Shown: positions 31,195 to 46,137, numbered from the stretch's first letter. The stretch: DNA of 64,000 bases from Eledone cirrhosa (GCA_964016885.1 OZ024760.1:28086001-28150000); one strand, 5' to 3'. Numbers and translations are program-made. The notes: generated by a model not told the origin, from the sequence alone.

Positions 31195-32153
31195 AACATC
31201 AACAGCAGCAGTAACAACAGTTACAACATCAACAGCAGCAGCAGCAGTAACAACAGTAACAACAACAGCAGCAGCAGTAACAACAACAGCAGTAACAACA
31301 ACAGTAATAACAACAACAGCAGCAGCAGCAGTAACAACAGTTACAACAACAGCAGCAGTAACAACAGTAACACTAACAGCAACATTTAATACAACTAACT
31401 ACATTAAGGGTAATAACATCGACAGTTACTACCACCACCAACACCACCACCACTACTACTACTACCACTACCACCACTATCACTACTACTACCACCGCCA
31501 CCATTACCACCACCACCACCACCAACATTACCACACCACCACCACTACAACCACACCACCACTACTCCCACCACCACCACTACCACCCCCATCAGTACCA
31601 CCACCACCACCACCACCACTACCACCACTACCACCACTACCACCACCATCACCGCCACCACCACCACCACCACTACCATCACTACCACCACCACCACTAC
31701 CACCACTACCACTACCACCACCACCACCACCACCACCACTACCACCACTACCACCACCATCACCGCCACCACCACCACCACCACTACCATCACTACCACC
31801 ACCACCACTACCACCACTACCACTACCACCACCACCACCATCACCGCCACCACCACCACCACCACCACTACCATCACTACCACCACCACCACTACCACCA
31901 CTACCACTACCACCACCACCACCACCACCACCACTACCACCACTACCACTACCACCACCACCACCACCACCACCACTACCACCACTACCACCACCACCAC
32001 CATCACCGCCACCACCACCACTACCATCACTACCACCACCACCACTACCACCACTACCACTACCACCACCACCACCATCACCGCCACCACCACCACCACT
32101 ACCATCACTACCACCACCACCACTACCACCACTACCACCACCACCACCACCAT
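31195..32153. repeat. Compound trinucleotide microsatellites (AAC/AGC)n then (CCA/CTA)n
   Basis: Direct reading; gives the poly-N/S/T/P/V ORFs. Confidence 0.95.
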
Positions 32154-32412
32154 GATATACGATATGTCACTTTAACAACCGTTGTTTGCCTGACGTCGAA
32201 TGATGTCAAATATTATAGAATTAGGTAAATATTGCACAACTGTGACAGATATATATCTATATCTATATATCGTGTGTGTGTGTGTGTGTATGTGTCTGTG
32301 TGTGTGTGTGTGTGTGGGTGTGTAGAGAGAGGGGGAGGGGGAGATTTTAGCACCTCTTTAGATATCACATGGGAATATTTTATGTATGTATGTAAAGACA
32401 TATATATATATC

Positions 32413-32448
<36 letters not shown>

Positions 32449-32917
32449 GTGTGGATATATATACGTGTATATATACGTGTGTATATATACGTGTGTATAT
32501 ATATATATATACGTATGTATATATGTGTGTGTATATATATGTGTGTGTATATATATGTGTGTGTATATATATACGTGTGTATATATATACGTGTGTATAT
32601 ATATATACGTGTGTATATATATATATACGTGTGTATATATATATACGTGTGTATATATATATACGTGTGTATATATATATACGTGTGTATATATATATAC
32701 GTGTGTATATATATATACGTGTGTATATATATATACGTGTGTATATATATATACGTGTGTATATATATATACGTGTATGTATATATATACGTGTATGTAT
32801 ATATATATATATACGTGTGTATATATCAGATTTGTCTGTTCAGTTTGAAAGTGATATCAGAAGAACTTTGCTCTACGCTCAAGTAGGATGGAACTTAAGA
32901 AATGGGATAGTTGAAGT

Positions 32918-33516
32918 TACCACCACTGCCACCACCACCACCAACACTGCCACCAACACTGCCACCACCACCACCACCAACACTGCCACCAACACTGCCA
33001 CCACCACTGCCACCACCACCACCACCACCACCAACACTAGCACCACCACCACCACCACCACCACTGCCACCAGCACCACCACTACCACCACCACCACCAC
33101 CACCACAAGCACCACCACCACAAGCACCACCACCACCAGCACCACCACCACCACCACCAACACTAGCACCACCACCACTGCCACCACCACCACCACCAAC
33201 ACTGCCACCACCACCACTACTACCACCCCACCACTGCCACCACCACTACCACTACTACCACCCCACCACTGCCACCAACTCCACCACCACCATCATCACT
33301 ACCACCACCACTGCCACCAACACCACCACTGCCACCAACACCACCACCACCACCACCACCAACACCACCACCACTAACACCACCACTACCACCAGCATCA
33401 CCACTACCACCACCACCACTAACATCACCAACACCAACACCACCAACACCACCACCAACACCACCACCAACAGCGCCACCTCCATCACCACCAACAGCGC
33501 CACCTCCATCACCACA
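32918..33516. repeat. Degenerate (CCA)n microsatellite
   Basis: Direct reading. Confidence 0.95.
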
Positions 33517-33538
33517 ATATATATATATATATACACAC

Positions 33539-33569
<31 letters not shown>

Positions 33570-33795
33570 CATATATATATATACATATACACAGAGGTAT
33601 CCACAGTAAGTTGTGGGGTCTATTCTGCATGAAGATCTGATATTTTGTAACTAACCTTGCATAGATCAATGACGGAGTATAGCTACAATGTATATCATCA
33701 CCTAGAAACGATCGTAAAGCAGTGAAGTATATCTCTAATGACTTGATTTTTTATTTCATTGTTTTAACTTATATATATATATATATGCACGTGTT

Positions 33796-33826
<31 letters not shown>

Positions 33827-33893
33827 TAAAATAACAGATTAAAGTTTAAGCAATTGTATTTTAGTCTTTAAATTTATTATTATTACTATATAT

Positions 33894-33946
<53 letters not shown>

Positions 33947-34668
33947 GTGTTTATATATATTTATATAAAACAATATTAATAATATAAAAACAGAGATGAA
34001 GTCTGTTATATTATTATTGCTCTCCACACACACACAGACTAACACATCCGCACACACACACACATCCACACACACACACACACGCACACACACACACAGC
34101 CACACACACACACACACACAGACAGACTAACACATCCACACAGACACACACACACACACATAATGTGACTGTGTGTGTGTGTGTGTGTGTGTGGCTGTGT
34201 GTGCATGTGTGTGTGTGTGTGTCTGTCTGTGTGTGTGGATGTGTGTGTGGATGTGTGTGTGTGTGTGGCTGTGTGTGGATGTGTGTGTGTGTGTGTGGCT
34301 GTGTGTGTGTGGATGTGTGTGTGTGTTTGTGGATGTGTGTGTGTGTGTGTGGATGTGTGTGTGTGTGTGTGGATGTGTGTGTGTGGGTGTGTCTGTGTGT
34401 GTGCTTGTGTGTCTGTGTGTGTGTGTGTGTGGATGTGTGTGTGTGTGTGGATGTGTGTGTGCTTGTGTAGGCGTAGTTTATTGCATTGAGTACTGGCAGA
34501 AGGCCACCGTTTTCTAGTGAGGAAACCCCTAAACCAACGTACTGCTGGCACATTCCCAGACTTCCATTGTTTCATACTAAAGTTTTACTATAGAAGACAT
34601 GTAGAGGTTCTAGTCAACACCCAGTGTGTAAATTAAACGTTAGTAAGTACTGTTGAGTGCTGGCGTCC

Positions 34669-37600
34669 GGCCCAGTGGTGAGGGCGGTGTACTTAGGATC
34701 CCGGTGGCCCAGTGGTGAGGGCGGTGTACTTAGGATCACAATGGTGACCTAGTGGTGAGGGTGGTGGACTTAGGATCACGGTGGCCCAGTGGTGAGGGTG
34801 GTGCACTTAGGATCCCGGTGGCCCAGTGGTGAGGGTTGTGTACTTAGGATCACAATGGTGACCTAGTGGTGAGGGTGGTGGACTTAGGATCACGGTGGCC
34901 CAGTGGTGAGGGTTGTGTACTTAGGATCGGATCACGGTGGCCCAGTGGTGAGGGTGGTGTACTTAGGATCACGGTGGCCCAGTGGTGAGGGTGGTGTACT
35001 TAGGATCACGGTGGCCCAGTGGTGAGGGTAGTGGACTTAGGATCGGATCACGGTGACCCAGTGGTGAGGGTGGTGTACTTAGGATCACGGTGGCCCAGTG
35101 GTGAGGGTGGTGTACTTAGGATCACGGTGGCCCAGTGGTGAGGGTAGTGGACTTAGGATCGGATCACGGTGGCCCAGTGGTGAGGGTGGTGTACTTAGGA
35201 TCACGGTGGCGCAGTGGTGAGGGTGGTGTACTTAGGATCACGGTGGCCCAGTGGTGAGGGTTGTGTACTTAGGATCGGATCACGGTGGCCCAGTGGTGAG
35301 GGTGGTGTACTTAGGATCACGGTGGCCCAGTGGTGAGGGTAGTGGACTTAGGATCGGATCACGGTGACCCAGTGGTGAGGGTGGTGTACTTAGGATCACG
35401 GTGGCCCAGTGGTGAGGGTAGTGGACTTAGGATCGGATCACGGTGGCCCAGTGGTGAGGGTGGTGTACTTAGGATCACGGTGGCCCAGTGGTGAGGGTTG
35501 TGTACTTAGGATCGGATCACGGTGGCCCAGTGGTGAGGGTGGTGTACTTAGGATCACGGTGGCGCAGTGGTGAGGGTGGTGTACTTAGGATCACGGTGGC
35601 CCAGTGGTGAGGGTTGTGTACTTAGGATCGGATCACGGTGGCCCAGTGGTGAGGGTGGTGTACTTAGGATCACGGTGGCCCAGTGGTGAGGGTGGTGTAC
35701 TTAGGATCACGGTGGCCCAGTGGTGAGGGTGGTGTACTTAGGATCACGGTGGCCCAGTGGTGAGGGTAGTGGACTTAGGATCGGATCACGGTGGCCCAGT
35801 GGTGAGGGTGGTGTACTTAGGATCACGGTGGCCCAGTGGTGAGGGTTGTGTACTTAGGATCGGATCACGGTGGCCCAGTGGTGAGGGTGGTGTACTTAGG
35901 ATCACGGTGGCCCAGTGGTGAGGGTGGTGTACTTAGGATCGGATCACGGTGGCCCAGTGGTGAGGGTGGTGTACTTAGGATCACGGTGGCCCAGTGGTGA
36001 GGGTGGTGTACTTAGGATCACGGTGGCCCAGTGGTGAGGGCGGTGTACTTAGGATCACGGTGACCCAGTGGTGAGGGTGGTGTACTTAGGATCACGGTGG
36101 CCCAGTGGTGAGGGTTGTGTACTTAGGATCACGGTGACCCAGTGGTGAGGGTGGTGTACTTAGGATCACGGTGGCCCAGTGGTGAGGGTAGTGGACTTAG
36201 GATCACGGTGACCCAGTGGTGAGGGTGGTGTACTTAGGATCACGGTGGCCCAGTGGTGAGGGCGGTGTACTTAGGATCACGGTGGCCCAGTGGTGAGGGC
36301 GGTGTACTTAGGATCACGGTGACCCAGTGGTGAGGGTGGTGTACTTAGGATCACGGTGGCCCAGTGGTGAGGGCGGTGTACTTAGGATCACGGTGGCCCA
36401 GTGGTGAGGGTGGTGTACTTAGGATCACGGTGGCCCAGTGGTGAGGGCGGTGTACTTAGGATCACGGTGGCCCAGTGGTGAGGGTGGTGTACTTAGGATC
36501 ACGGTGGCCCAGTGGTGAGGGTGGTGTACTTAGGATCACGGTGGCCCAGTGGTGAGGGTAGTGGACTTAGGATCGGATCACGGTGGCCCAGTGGTGAGGG
36601 TGGTGTACTTAGGATCACGGTGGCCCAGTGGTGAGGGTTGTGTACTTAGGATCGGATCACGGTGGCCCAGTGGTGAGGGTGGTGTACTTAGGATCACGGT
36701 GGCCCAGTGGTGAGGGTGGTGTTCTTAGGATCGGATCACGGTGGTCCAGTGGTGAGGGTGGTGTACTTAGGATCACGGTGGCCCAGTGGTGAGGGTGGTG
36801 TACTTAGGATCACGGTGGCCCAGTGGTGAGGGCGGTGTACTTAGGATCACGGTGACCCAGTGGTGAGGGTGGTGTACTTAGGATCACGGTGGCCCAGTGG
36901 TGAGGGTTGTGTACTTAGGATCACGGTGACCCAGTGGTGAGGGTGGTGTACTTAGGATCACGGTGGCCCAGTGGTGAGGGTAGTGGACTTAGGATCACGG
37001 TGACCCAGTGGTGAGGGTGGTGTACTTAGGATCACGGTGGCCCAGTGGTGAGGGCGGTGTACTTAGGATCACGGTGGCCCAGTGGTGAGGGCGGTGTACT
37101 TAGGATCACGGTGGCCCAGTGGTGAGGGTTGTGTACTTAGGATCACGGTGACCCAGTGGTGTGGGTGGTGTACTTAGGATCACGGTGGCCCAGTGGTGAG
37201 GGCGGTGTACTTAGGATCACGGTGGCCCAGTGGTGAGGGTGGTGTACTTAGGATCACGGTGGCCCAGTGGTGAGGGCGGTGTACTTAGGATCACGGTGGC
37301 CCAGTGGTGAGGGTGGTGTACTTAGGATCACGGTGGCCCAGTGGTGAGGGCGGTGTACTTAGGATCACGGTGGCCCAGTGGTGAGGGTGGTGTACTTAGG
37401 ATCACGGTGACCCAGTGGTGAGGGTGGTGTACTTAGGATCACGGTGACCCAGTGGTGAGGGTGGTGTACTTAGGATCACGGTGACCCAGTGGTGAGGGTG
37501 GTGTACTTAGGATCACGGTGGCCCAGTGGTGAGGGTGGTGTACTTAGGATCACGGTGACCCAGTGGTGAGGGTGGTGTACTTAGGATCACGGTGGCCCAG

Positions 37601-40600
37601 TGGTGAGGGCGGTGTACTTAGGATCACGGTGGCCCAGTGGTGAGGGTGGTGTACTTAGGATCACGGTGACCCAGTGGTGAGGGCGGTGTACTTAGGATCA
37701 CGGTGGCCCAGTGGTGAGGGTGGTGTACTTAGGATCACGGTGGCCCAGTGGTGAGGGCGGTGTACTTAGGATCACGGTGGCCCAGTGGTGAGGGTGGTGT
37801 ACTTAGGATCACGGTGACCCAGTGGTGAGGGTGGTGTACTTAGGATCACGGTGGCCCAGTGGTGAGGTTGGTGTACTTAGGATCACAATGGTGACCTAGT
37901 GGTGAGGGTGGTGTACTTAGGATCACGGTGGCCCAGTGGTGAGGGTAGTGTACTTAGGATCACGGTGGCCCAGTGGTGAGGGTGGTGTACTTAGGATCAC
38001 GGTGGCCCAGTGGTGAGGGTAGTGTACTTAGGATCACGGTGGCCCAGTGGTGAGGGTGGTGTACTTAGGATCACGGTGACCCAGTGGTGAGGGTGGTGTA
38101 CTTAGGATCACGGTGACCCAGTGGTGAGGGTGGTGTACTTAGGATCACGGTGGCCCAGTGGTGAGGGTGGTGTACTTAGGATCACAATGGTGACCTAGTG
38201 GTGAGGGTGGTGTACTTAGGATCACGGTGGCCCAGTGGTGAGGGTAGTGTACTTAGGATCACGGTGGCCCAGTGGTGAGGGTAGTGTACTTAGGATCACA
38301 ATGGTGACCTAGTGGTGAGGGTGGTGTACTTAGGATCACGGTGGCCCAGTGGTGAGGGTGGTGTACTTAGGATCACGGTGGCCCAGTGGTGAGGGTAGTG
38401 GACTTAGGATCACGGTGGCCCAGTGGTGAGGGTAGTGTACTTAGGATCACGGTGGCCCAGTGGTGAGGGTAGTGTACTTAGGATCACGGTGGCCCAGTGG
38501 TGAGGGTGGTGTACTTAGGATCACGGTGGCCCAGTGGTGAGGGTGGTGTACTTAGGATCACGGTGGCCCAGTGGTGAGGGTAGTGTACTTAGGATCACGG
38601 TGGCCCAGTGGTGAGGGTGGTGTACTTAGGATCACGGTGGCCCAGTGGTGAGGGTGGTGTACTTAGGATCACGGTGGCCCAGTGGTGAGGGTAGTGGACT
38701 TAGGATCACGGTGGCCCAGTGGTGAGGGTGGTGTACTTAGGATCACGGTGGCCCAGTGGTGAGGGTGGTGTACTTAGGATCACGGTGGCCCAGTGGTGAG
38801 GGTGGTGGGCTTAGGATCACGGTGGCCCAGTGGTGAGGGTGGTGTACTTAGGATAACGGTGGCCCAGTGGTGAGGGTGGTGTACTTAGGATCACGGTGGC
38901 CCAGTGGTGAGGGTGGTGTACTTAGGATCACGGTGGCCCAGTGGTGAGGGTAGTGGACTTAGGATCACAATGGTGACCTAGTGGTGAGGGTGGTGGGCTT
39001 AGGATCACGGTGGCCCAGTGGTGAGGTTAGTGTACTTAGGATCACGGTGGCCCAGTGGTGAGGGTAGTGGGCTTAGGATCACGGTGGCCCAGTGGTGAGG
39101 GTGGTGTACTTAGGATCACGGTGGCCCAGTGGTGAGGGCGGTGTACTTAGGATCACGGTGGCCCAGTGGTGAGGGCGGTGGACTTAGGATCGGATCACGG
39201 TGGCCCAGTGGTGAGGGTGGTGGACTTAGGATCACGGTGGCCCAGTGGTGAGGGTTGTGTACTTAGGATCACGGTGGCCCAGTGGTGAGGGCGGTGTACT
39301 TAGGATCACGGTGGCCCAGTGGTGAGGGTGGTGGACTTAGGATCACGGTGGCCCAGTGGTGAGGGTGGTGGACTTAGGATCACGGTGGCCCAGTGGTGAG
39401 GGTGGTGGACTTAGGATCACGGTGGCCCAGTGGTGAGGGTTGTGTACTTAGGATCACGGTGGCCCAGTGGTGAGGGTGGTGGACTTAGGATCGGATCACG
39501 GTGGCCCAGTGGTGAGGGTGGTGGACTTAGGATCACGGTGGCCCAGTGGTGAGGGTAGTGGACTTAGGATCACGGTGGCCCAGTGGTGAGGGTTGTGGAC
39601 TTAGGATCACGGTGGCCCAGTGGTGAGGGTTGTGTACTTAGGATCACGGTGGCCCAGTGGTGAGGGTAGTGGACTTAGGATCATGGTGGCCCAGTGGTGA
39701 GGGTAGTGGACTTAGGATCACGGTGGCCCAGTGGTGAGGGTTGTGTACTTAGGATCACGGTGGCCCAGTGGTGAGGGTTGTGTACTTAGGATCACGGTGG
39801 CCCAGTGGTGAGGGTAGTGGACTTAGGATCATGGTGGCCCAGTGGTGAGGGTAGTGGACTTAGGATCACGGTGGCCCAGTGGTGAGGGTTGTGTACTTAG
39901 GATCACGGTGGCCCAGTGGTGAGGGTTGTGTACTTAGGATCACGGTGGCCCAGTGGTGAGGGTAGTGGACTTAGGATCACGGTGGCCCAGTGGTGAGGGT
40001 TGTGGACTTAGGATCACGGTGGCCCAGTGGTGAGGGTTGTGTACTTAGGATCACGGTGGCCCAGTGGTGAGGGTTGTGTACTTAGGATCACGGTGGCCCA
40101 GTGGTGATGGTTGTGGACTTAGGATCACGGTGGCCCAGTGGTGAGTGTTGGGTAGTTAGGATCACAATGGTGGCCCAGTGGTGAGGGCGGTGTACTTAGG
40201 ATCACGGTGGCCCAGTGGTGAGGGTGGTGTACTTAGGATCACGGTGGCCCAATGGTGAGGGTTGTGTACTTAGGATCACGGTGGCCCAGTGGTGAGGGTT
40301 GTGTACTTAGGATCACGGTGGCCCAGTGGTGAGGGTGGTGTACTTAGGATCACGGTGGCCCAGTGGTGAGGGTTGTGTAGTTAGGATCACAATGGTGACC
40401 CAGTTGTGAGGGCGGTGTACTTAGGATCACGGTGGCCCAGTGGTGAGGGTTGTGTACTTAGGATCACGGTGGCCCAGTGGTGAGGGTAGTGGACTTAGGA
40501 TCACGGTGACCCAGTGGTGAGGGTTGTGTACTTAGGATCACGGTGGCCCAGTGGTGAGGGTAGTGGACTTAGGATCACAATGGTGACCTAGTGGTGAGGG

Positions 40601-40710
40601 TTGTGTACTTAGGATCACGGTGGTGAGGGTGGTGGACTTAGGATCATGGTGGCCCAGTGGTCAGGGTGGTGGACTTAGGATAATGGTGGTCTGGTGGTAA
40701 GGATGTTGGA
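34669..40710 (+). repeat. 37-bp GC-rich minisatellite (~160 units), unit GGTGGCCCAGTGGTGAGGGTGGTGTACTTAGGATCAC, resembling a tRNA/SINE 5' head
   Basis: Period 37 with variants (+GGATC, +AAT, T/C/A substitutions); contains A-box-like TGGCCCAGTGG. Confidence 0.95.
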
Positions 40711-41206
40711 CACGATGTTTATAATAATATCTATTCATAACCACACAGCGCCTTTGTCACTTTTAATTCATATAAATGTGAAGACTAAAATCCAAAGAGG
40801 GCTCGATAAGGATAGATATATATCAAATATATAAGAACCCTAGAGCAAATATTTATTAAAATAACAGATTAAGGGTGAAAGCAGGGATTCTTTGCGCAGA
40901 GAAGAAGACAAAAATAAATAAATAAATAAACAGGTAAAATAAAAATGGCGTAGACATACAATACAACAGGAGGAACATAATAGTACCACTGATGATGTTG
41001 TAGATGTGCAACGAAAGAACTTTGTTAGACTATATATATGTGTTTATATCTGTATTTTTGGCCGTTGATCAGTCAATGATAAGCATTGAGGACCGAATGA
41101 ATTAACTTTGAAGATATAAAAGATACAGAAGCGAAAACCAACAGTGAGTGTGTTCTGTTATTATTTCTGGCAATATTATTACAACAATATGACCCTCCCC
41201 AAGTAT

Positions 41207-41272
<66 letters not shown>

Positions 41273-41642
41273 TTAATACATTAACAGAGAAAGCTTAAGC
41301 AATACTCCGACCGGCTTGCATCTCACTCAACAAACATTAGGATATACCTTAGTATAATCCCAATTTTACGTTTGGGGTGCTAACTATATGTATTTTGCGG
41401 AAAGCCAGTTGTATTATTTTATATGAGACATAATTAAAATACATCTCCCTTTCCAAACAATTGTTTCATTATAAGTTTTCTACAAGTTGGGAAAATGTGT
41501 CCAGGTTATGTAGAAGCCTACACATAGTCCATAGGAATATATGCAGGTGGGCACTTATAAATCATCAGTGGATGCCCGTCAAACATCGATATAAAAAAAA
41601 TTTTCTTACCGATATTCAATGTTCAGCGATGGTCCCCTTCCG

Positions 41643-41674
<32 letters not shown>

Positions 41675-41922
41675 AAAGGTAAACAGAAATAACAACACAA
41701 TCAGTACAGTATATGGAAGGGATATATTAGGTTAACGCTTGAAATAGCAGGAAGACGGTCGTAACATTTCGGACGCTAGTCCTTCATTAGAAGAAAGAAT
41801 GAGAAATAAGATAGATTGAGGGGACGGGTGGGGTGGAATTAGAAAGAATGTTTTTAGAGAAAAATAACAGGTCCATTCGTGTAGTCATCTTTTGGAAAAC
41901 TGTTGTGCTGGCGTTTTGTGTA

Positions 41923-41985
<63 letters not shown>

Positions 41986-42671
41986 GTTCAAGAGTAATCA
42001 ATCTTAAAGAGAGAGATGGAGATAGTAGAGGAGGTATCATATCTCCTCTACTATCTATGTCTTCCTTGTGAAGTTTGTGGCCTTGTTTTGCTTAACTAAT
42101 GAATATATATATATATAGAAAGATTTGAATGGATACAGTTTAGTTGAAAGGAATTTATTGACACGTGTTTCTATAACAGTTACATAACCTGAAAACAGCT
42201 GCTATCTACAAAGTATTAGTTATGCAGACAATCAATATTTCAATGATATATATATATATATATTTGTGTGTGTAACTACGAAACGATGTTAGTTAGCAGT
42301 GTCCACGTTTTCTTGGTTAAAGGATGTAATACCTCTAACTACCATTTTTTTCCTTTTTCTTTTTCCTTTTCACTTCATAAACCTTGTTTGTAAATAACAT
42401 TATTCTTTCTGCATGTGCGACACCACTCTAATACATTTCACTATCATTTATTAATGCATAAAAATGCTGAAACCGCTAATAGACAATAATTAATTATATA
42501 AATAGATAAATAAATGCCATTGTTAAATAATAAATAAATCAACTAATTCCTTAACACTTCACACAAAGTGAAACATTTCGTTTTAATCATTTTCTAACCC
42601 AGAAAAAAGAGAGAGAGAAACAAACAAGGAAACAAATATATTTTCTTCCTAATAATCGTCTCTTTCTCCCT

Positions 42672-42721
<50 letters not shown>

Positions 42722-42727
<6 letters not shown>

Positions 42728-42902
42728 ACAAGTAAGACCCCGACGGCTGAGCTCAATCCGTTTCGACGGCTAATTAGCCGTCGAAACGGCTTGAGCTCAG
42801 CCGTCGGGGTCTTACTTGTTCCTATTACCCACTCTACTACCCTAAGTATTGAGTACTTTGGTGCGTTATGGTCCACCTGGTTCTTACCACATTTCCTTCG
42901 TT
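42722..42902 (+). mobile_element. Fold-back element (family E)
   Basis: Palindrome centred on gacggctaattagccgtc, followed by the family E tail; flanked by (TA)n. Confidence 0.8.
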
Positions 42903-42922
42903 ATATATATATATATATATAT

Positions 42923-43265
42923 AAATGAAGTAATTCCGTCGGAAAAGTCCGGGAAAAAAGAGTGCTCTATGTAGGTAACAGAGCTTAATAGTTATGTAAT
43001 AAACAACATAAGGCAATTATTCCATTTACCAGTGGTTTCTTAAAAGCAAAAGATTTTGCTTTCAATCCTCAGAATGAAAAAATCCTGGTCTGTTTATTGA
43101 ATTTGGATTTTAAAAAACCTTTTTTTAAAATCCAAAATCCGTTTTTTTTAAATCCAAATTCAATAAACAGACCAGGATTTTTTCATTCTGAGGATTGAAA
43201 GCAAAATCTTTTGCTTTTAAGAAACCACTGGTAAATGGAATATTTGCCTTATGTTGTTTATTACA

Positions 43266-43271
<6 letters not shown>
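42923..43271 (-). mobile_element. Fold-back element with intact HHRs in both arms (43182-43239 +; ~43021-43078 -), tail to the left
   Basis: TTCATT-CTGAGGA-TTGAAAGCAAAA tc TTTTGCTTTTAA-GAAA-CCACTGG-TA-AATGGA. Confidence 0.82.
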
Positions 43272-43312
<41 letters not shown>

Positions 43313-43717
43313 CTATTTTACTACGCGTGGGTACACATACCAACGCTATAGCACTACACATACCAACGTTATACCACTACACATACCAACGTTATACCAC
43401 TACACATACCAACGCTATACCACTACACTCTGCATCGTAGTGTTACGTCACAGGCCACAAAGCCGCTTAACCTGTTTTAACGTTGCAACTTTATGAATTG
43501 TAGCGCCAATGAAAATAGTGCGTGGGATGAAGTTTCGCTTTAATCGTTACTAAAAATATTTCAAGATAAACATCAGTCGTTCGACTTAATTGCCTGCATC
43601 GCTTCACTGTTATCAATGTTGCATCATTGCATTGGTTTAATCTAGTCTATTTTACACTTCCTACACTACTAAACACTTACCACCAAACTATCAGCAATGC
43701 TCCCACCACCGACATTT

Positions 43718-44490
43718 CCACCACCACCACCACCACCACCGCCATCACCACTATCAACACAACCATTTTACAATCACCATTGTACCGACACCACCAGCCC
43801 CATACCACCACCACCACCACCACCACCACCACCACCACCACCACCACCACCACCACCGCCATCACCACTATCAACACAACCATTTTACAATCACCATTGT
43901 ACCGACACCACCAGCCCCATACCACCACCACCACCACCACCACCACCGCCATCACCACTATCAACACAACCATTTTACAATCACCATTGTACCGACACCA
44001 CCAGCCCCATACCACCACCACCACTACCACCACCATCACCACCACCACCACCACCACCACCACTACCACCACACAGTTACCATCACACCAAAACTACCAT
44101 CAACAACACCATCCTGCCATCATCTTACAACAACCATCACCTTCATCATCACCACCACCACCATCTCACAACCAGCTCCATACTACCACCACCACCATCT
44201 GACAACCACCACCACCACCACCACCACCACCACCACCACTACCACAACCACCACCACCACTACCACCACACAGTTACCATCACACCAAAACTACCATCAA
44301 CAACACCATCCTGCCATCATCTTACAACAACCATCACCTTCATCATCACCACCACCATCTCAGAACCAGCTCCATACTACCACCACCACCATCTGACAAC
44401 CACCATCTCACAACCAGCACCATACTACCACCACCTCACAATCACCATCTCACAACACCATCCTACCATCATCTTACAACCACCACCTTA
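43718..44490. repeat. (CCA)n-rich low-complexity tract with internal longer duplications
   Basis: Repeated gccatcaccactatcaacacaaccattttacaatcaccattgtaccgacacc blocks between CCA runs. Confidence 0.9.
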
Positions 44491-44574
44491 GCACCAACAG
44501 CATAGATTTCACATCACTAGCATCAGTCCTTCATAATCAGCCTATGACATTTTCAGCCGAGCCTCACATTCCAC

Positions 44575-45980
44575 CTATTCTTGAGAGGGTCGCCAGGGCA
44601 GAGTCCTCAAACACTTCGTCCACCGGGTCCTGTCAGAAGCAACTCTGTCCAACTGATCTGGCTGGATCCGGAAGCGTGTCTGTAGTATCAGAGCTGTGAT
44701 CTCTCAATTAAGAGATTCTTTGCTAAGACATTCTGACCACATGTCTGTAGTATCAGAGCTGTGATATCTCAATTCAGAGATTCTTTCCGGAGACATTCTA
44801 ACCACATGTCTGTAGTATCAGAGCTGTGATCTCTCAATTCAGAGATTCTTTCCTGAGTCATTCTGACCACATGTCTGTAGTATCAGAGCTGTGATCTCTC
44901 AATTCAGAGATTCTTTCCTGAGACATTCTGACCACATGTCTGTAGTATCAGAGCTGTGATCTCTCAATTCAGAGATTCTTTCCGGAGACATTCTAACCAC
45001 ATGTCTGTAGTATCAGAGCTGTGATCTCTCAATTCAGAGATTCTTTCCTGAGTCATTCTGACCACATGTCTGTAGTATCAGAGCTGTGATCTCTCAATTA
45101 AGAGATTCTTTGCTAAGACATTCTGACCACATGTCTGTAGTATCAGAGCTGTGATATCTCAATTCAGAGATTCTTTCCGGAGACATTCTAACCACATGTC
45201 TGTAGTATCAGAGCTGTGATCTCTCAATTCAGAGATTCTTTCCTGAGTCATTCTGACCACATGTCTGTAGTATCAGAGATGTGATCTCTCAATTCAGAGA
45301 TTCTTTTCTGAGACATTCTGACCACATGTCTGTAGTATCAGAGCTGTGATCTCTCAATTCAGAGATTCTTTCCTGAGACATTCTAACCATATGTCTGTAG
45401 TATCAGAGCTGTGATCTCTCAATTCAGAGATTCTTTCCTGAGACATTCTGACCACATGTCTGTAGTATCAGAGCTGTGATCTCTCAATTAAGAGATTCTT
45501 TCTTGAGACATTCTGACCACATGTCTGTAGTATCAGAGCTGTGATCTCTCAATTCAGAGATTCTTTCCTGAGACATTCTGACCACATGTCTGTAGTATCA
45601 GAGCTGTGATCTCTCAATTCAGAGATTCTTTCCTGAGACATTCTGACTACATGTCTGTAGTATCAGAGCTGTGGTCTCTCAATTCAGAGATTCTTTCCTG
45701 AGACATTCTGACCACATGTCCATAGTATCGGAGCTGTGATCTCTCAATTCGGAGAAGTAGCAACTCTATCTGGAGTGACTCTATGTTATCCGAGAATACG
45801 CACTTCATCGAGTAACGTTACTCCAAAGACCCTTCGGAGGAATCTCATTTCGGCCGCTTGTATTCACGATAATATTCTTTCGATCATTACCCAAGATTCA
45901 TGACCATATGTAAGGGATGGCAGGAAAACCGAATTGAAGAGAGCGAGTTTGGCTTTTACACCTACCTCCCTTCTTCTGAT
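44575..45980 (-). pseudogene. RTE-clade LINE 3' remnant interrupted by an internal tandem amplification
   Basis: Minus strand: KAKLALFNSVFLPSLTYGHESWVM..IQAAEMRFLRRVFGVTLLD, then LLLRIERSQLRYYGHVVRM, and after the array LRIQPDQLDRVASDRTRWTKCLRTLPWRPSQE*. Confidence 0.8.
44676..45753. repeat. 65-bp minisatellite (~16.6 copies) derived from RTE coding sequence
   Basis: Unit starts at 44676, 44741, 44806, 44871 ... 45716. Confidence 0.95.
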
Positions 45981-46137
45981 TACTGAATGCTGACGCTGGT
46001 GCATTACTGCACCGGCTACTGCAATTACTGCACTTTATTCAATCTGCTGCATTCCACGGCTCCTGTATATATATATATATATATATATATTATTTTTCAT
46101 AGCAAGAAATTGTTCTTCTCGCTCCACATAATAATTG

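Noticed and set aside
34669-40710. CRISPR-like appearance of a 37-bp repeat, or a telomeric TTAGG array
   Set aside because: Units are head-to-tail with no unique spacers and no cas genes; TTAGG occurs once per unit, not in tandem.
42155-42250. HHR on the minus strand (GAAA-CACGTG-TC-AATAAA)
   Set aside because: Only a 3' half is visible, with no CTGANGA core, so it was not annotated as a ribozyme.
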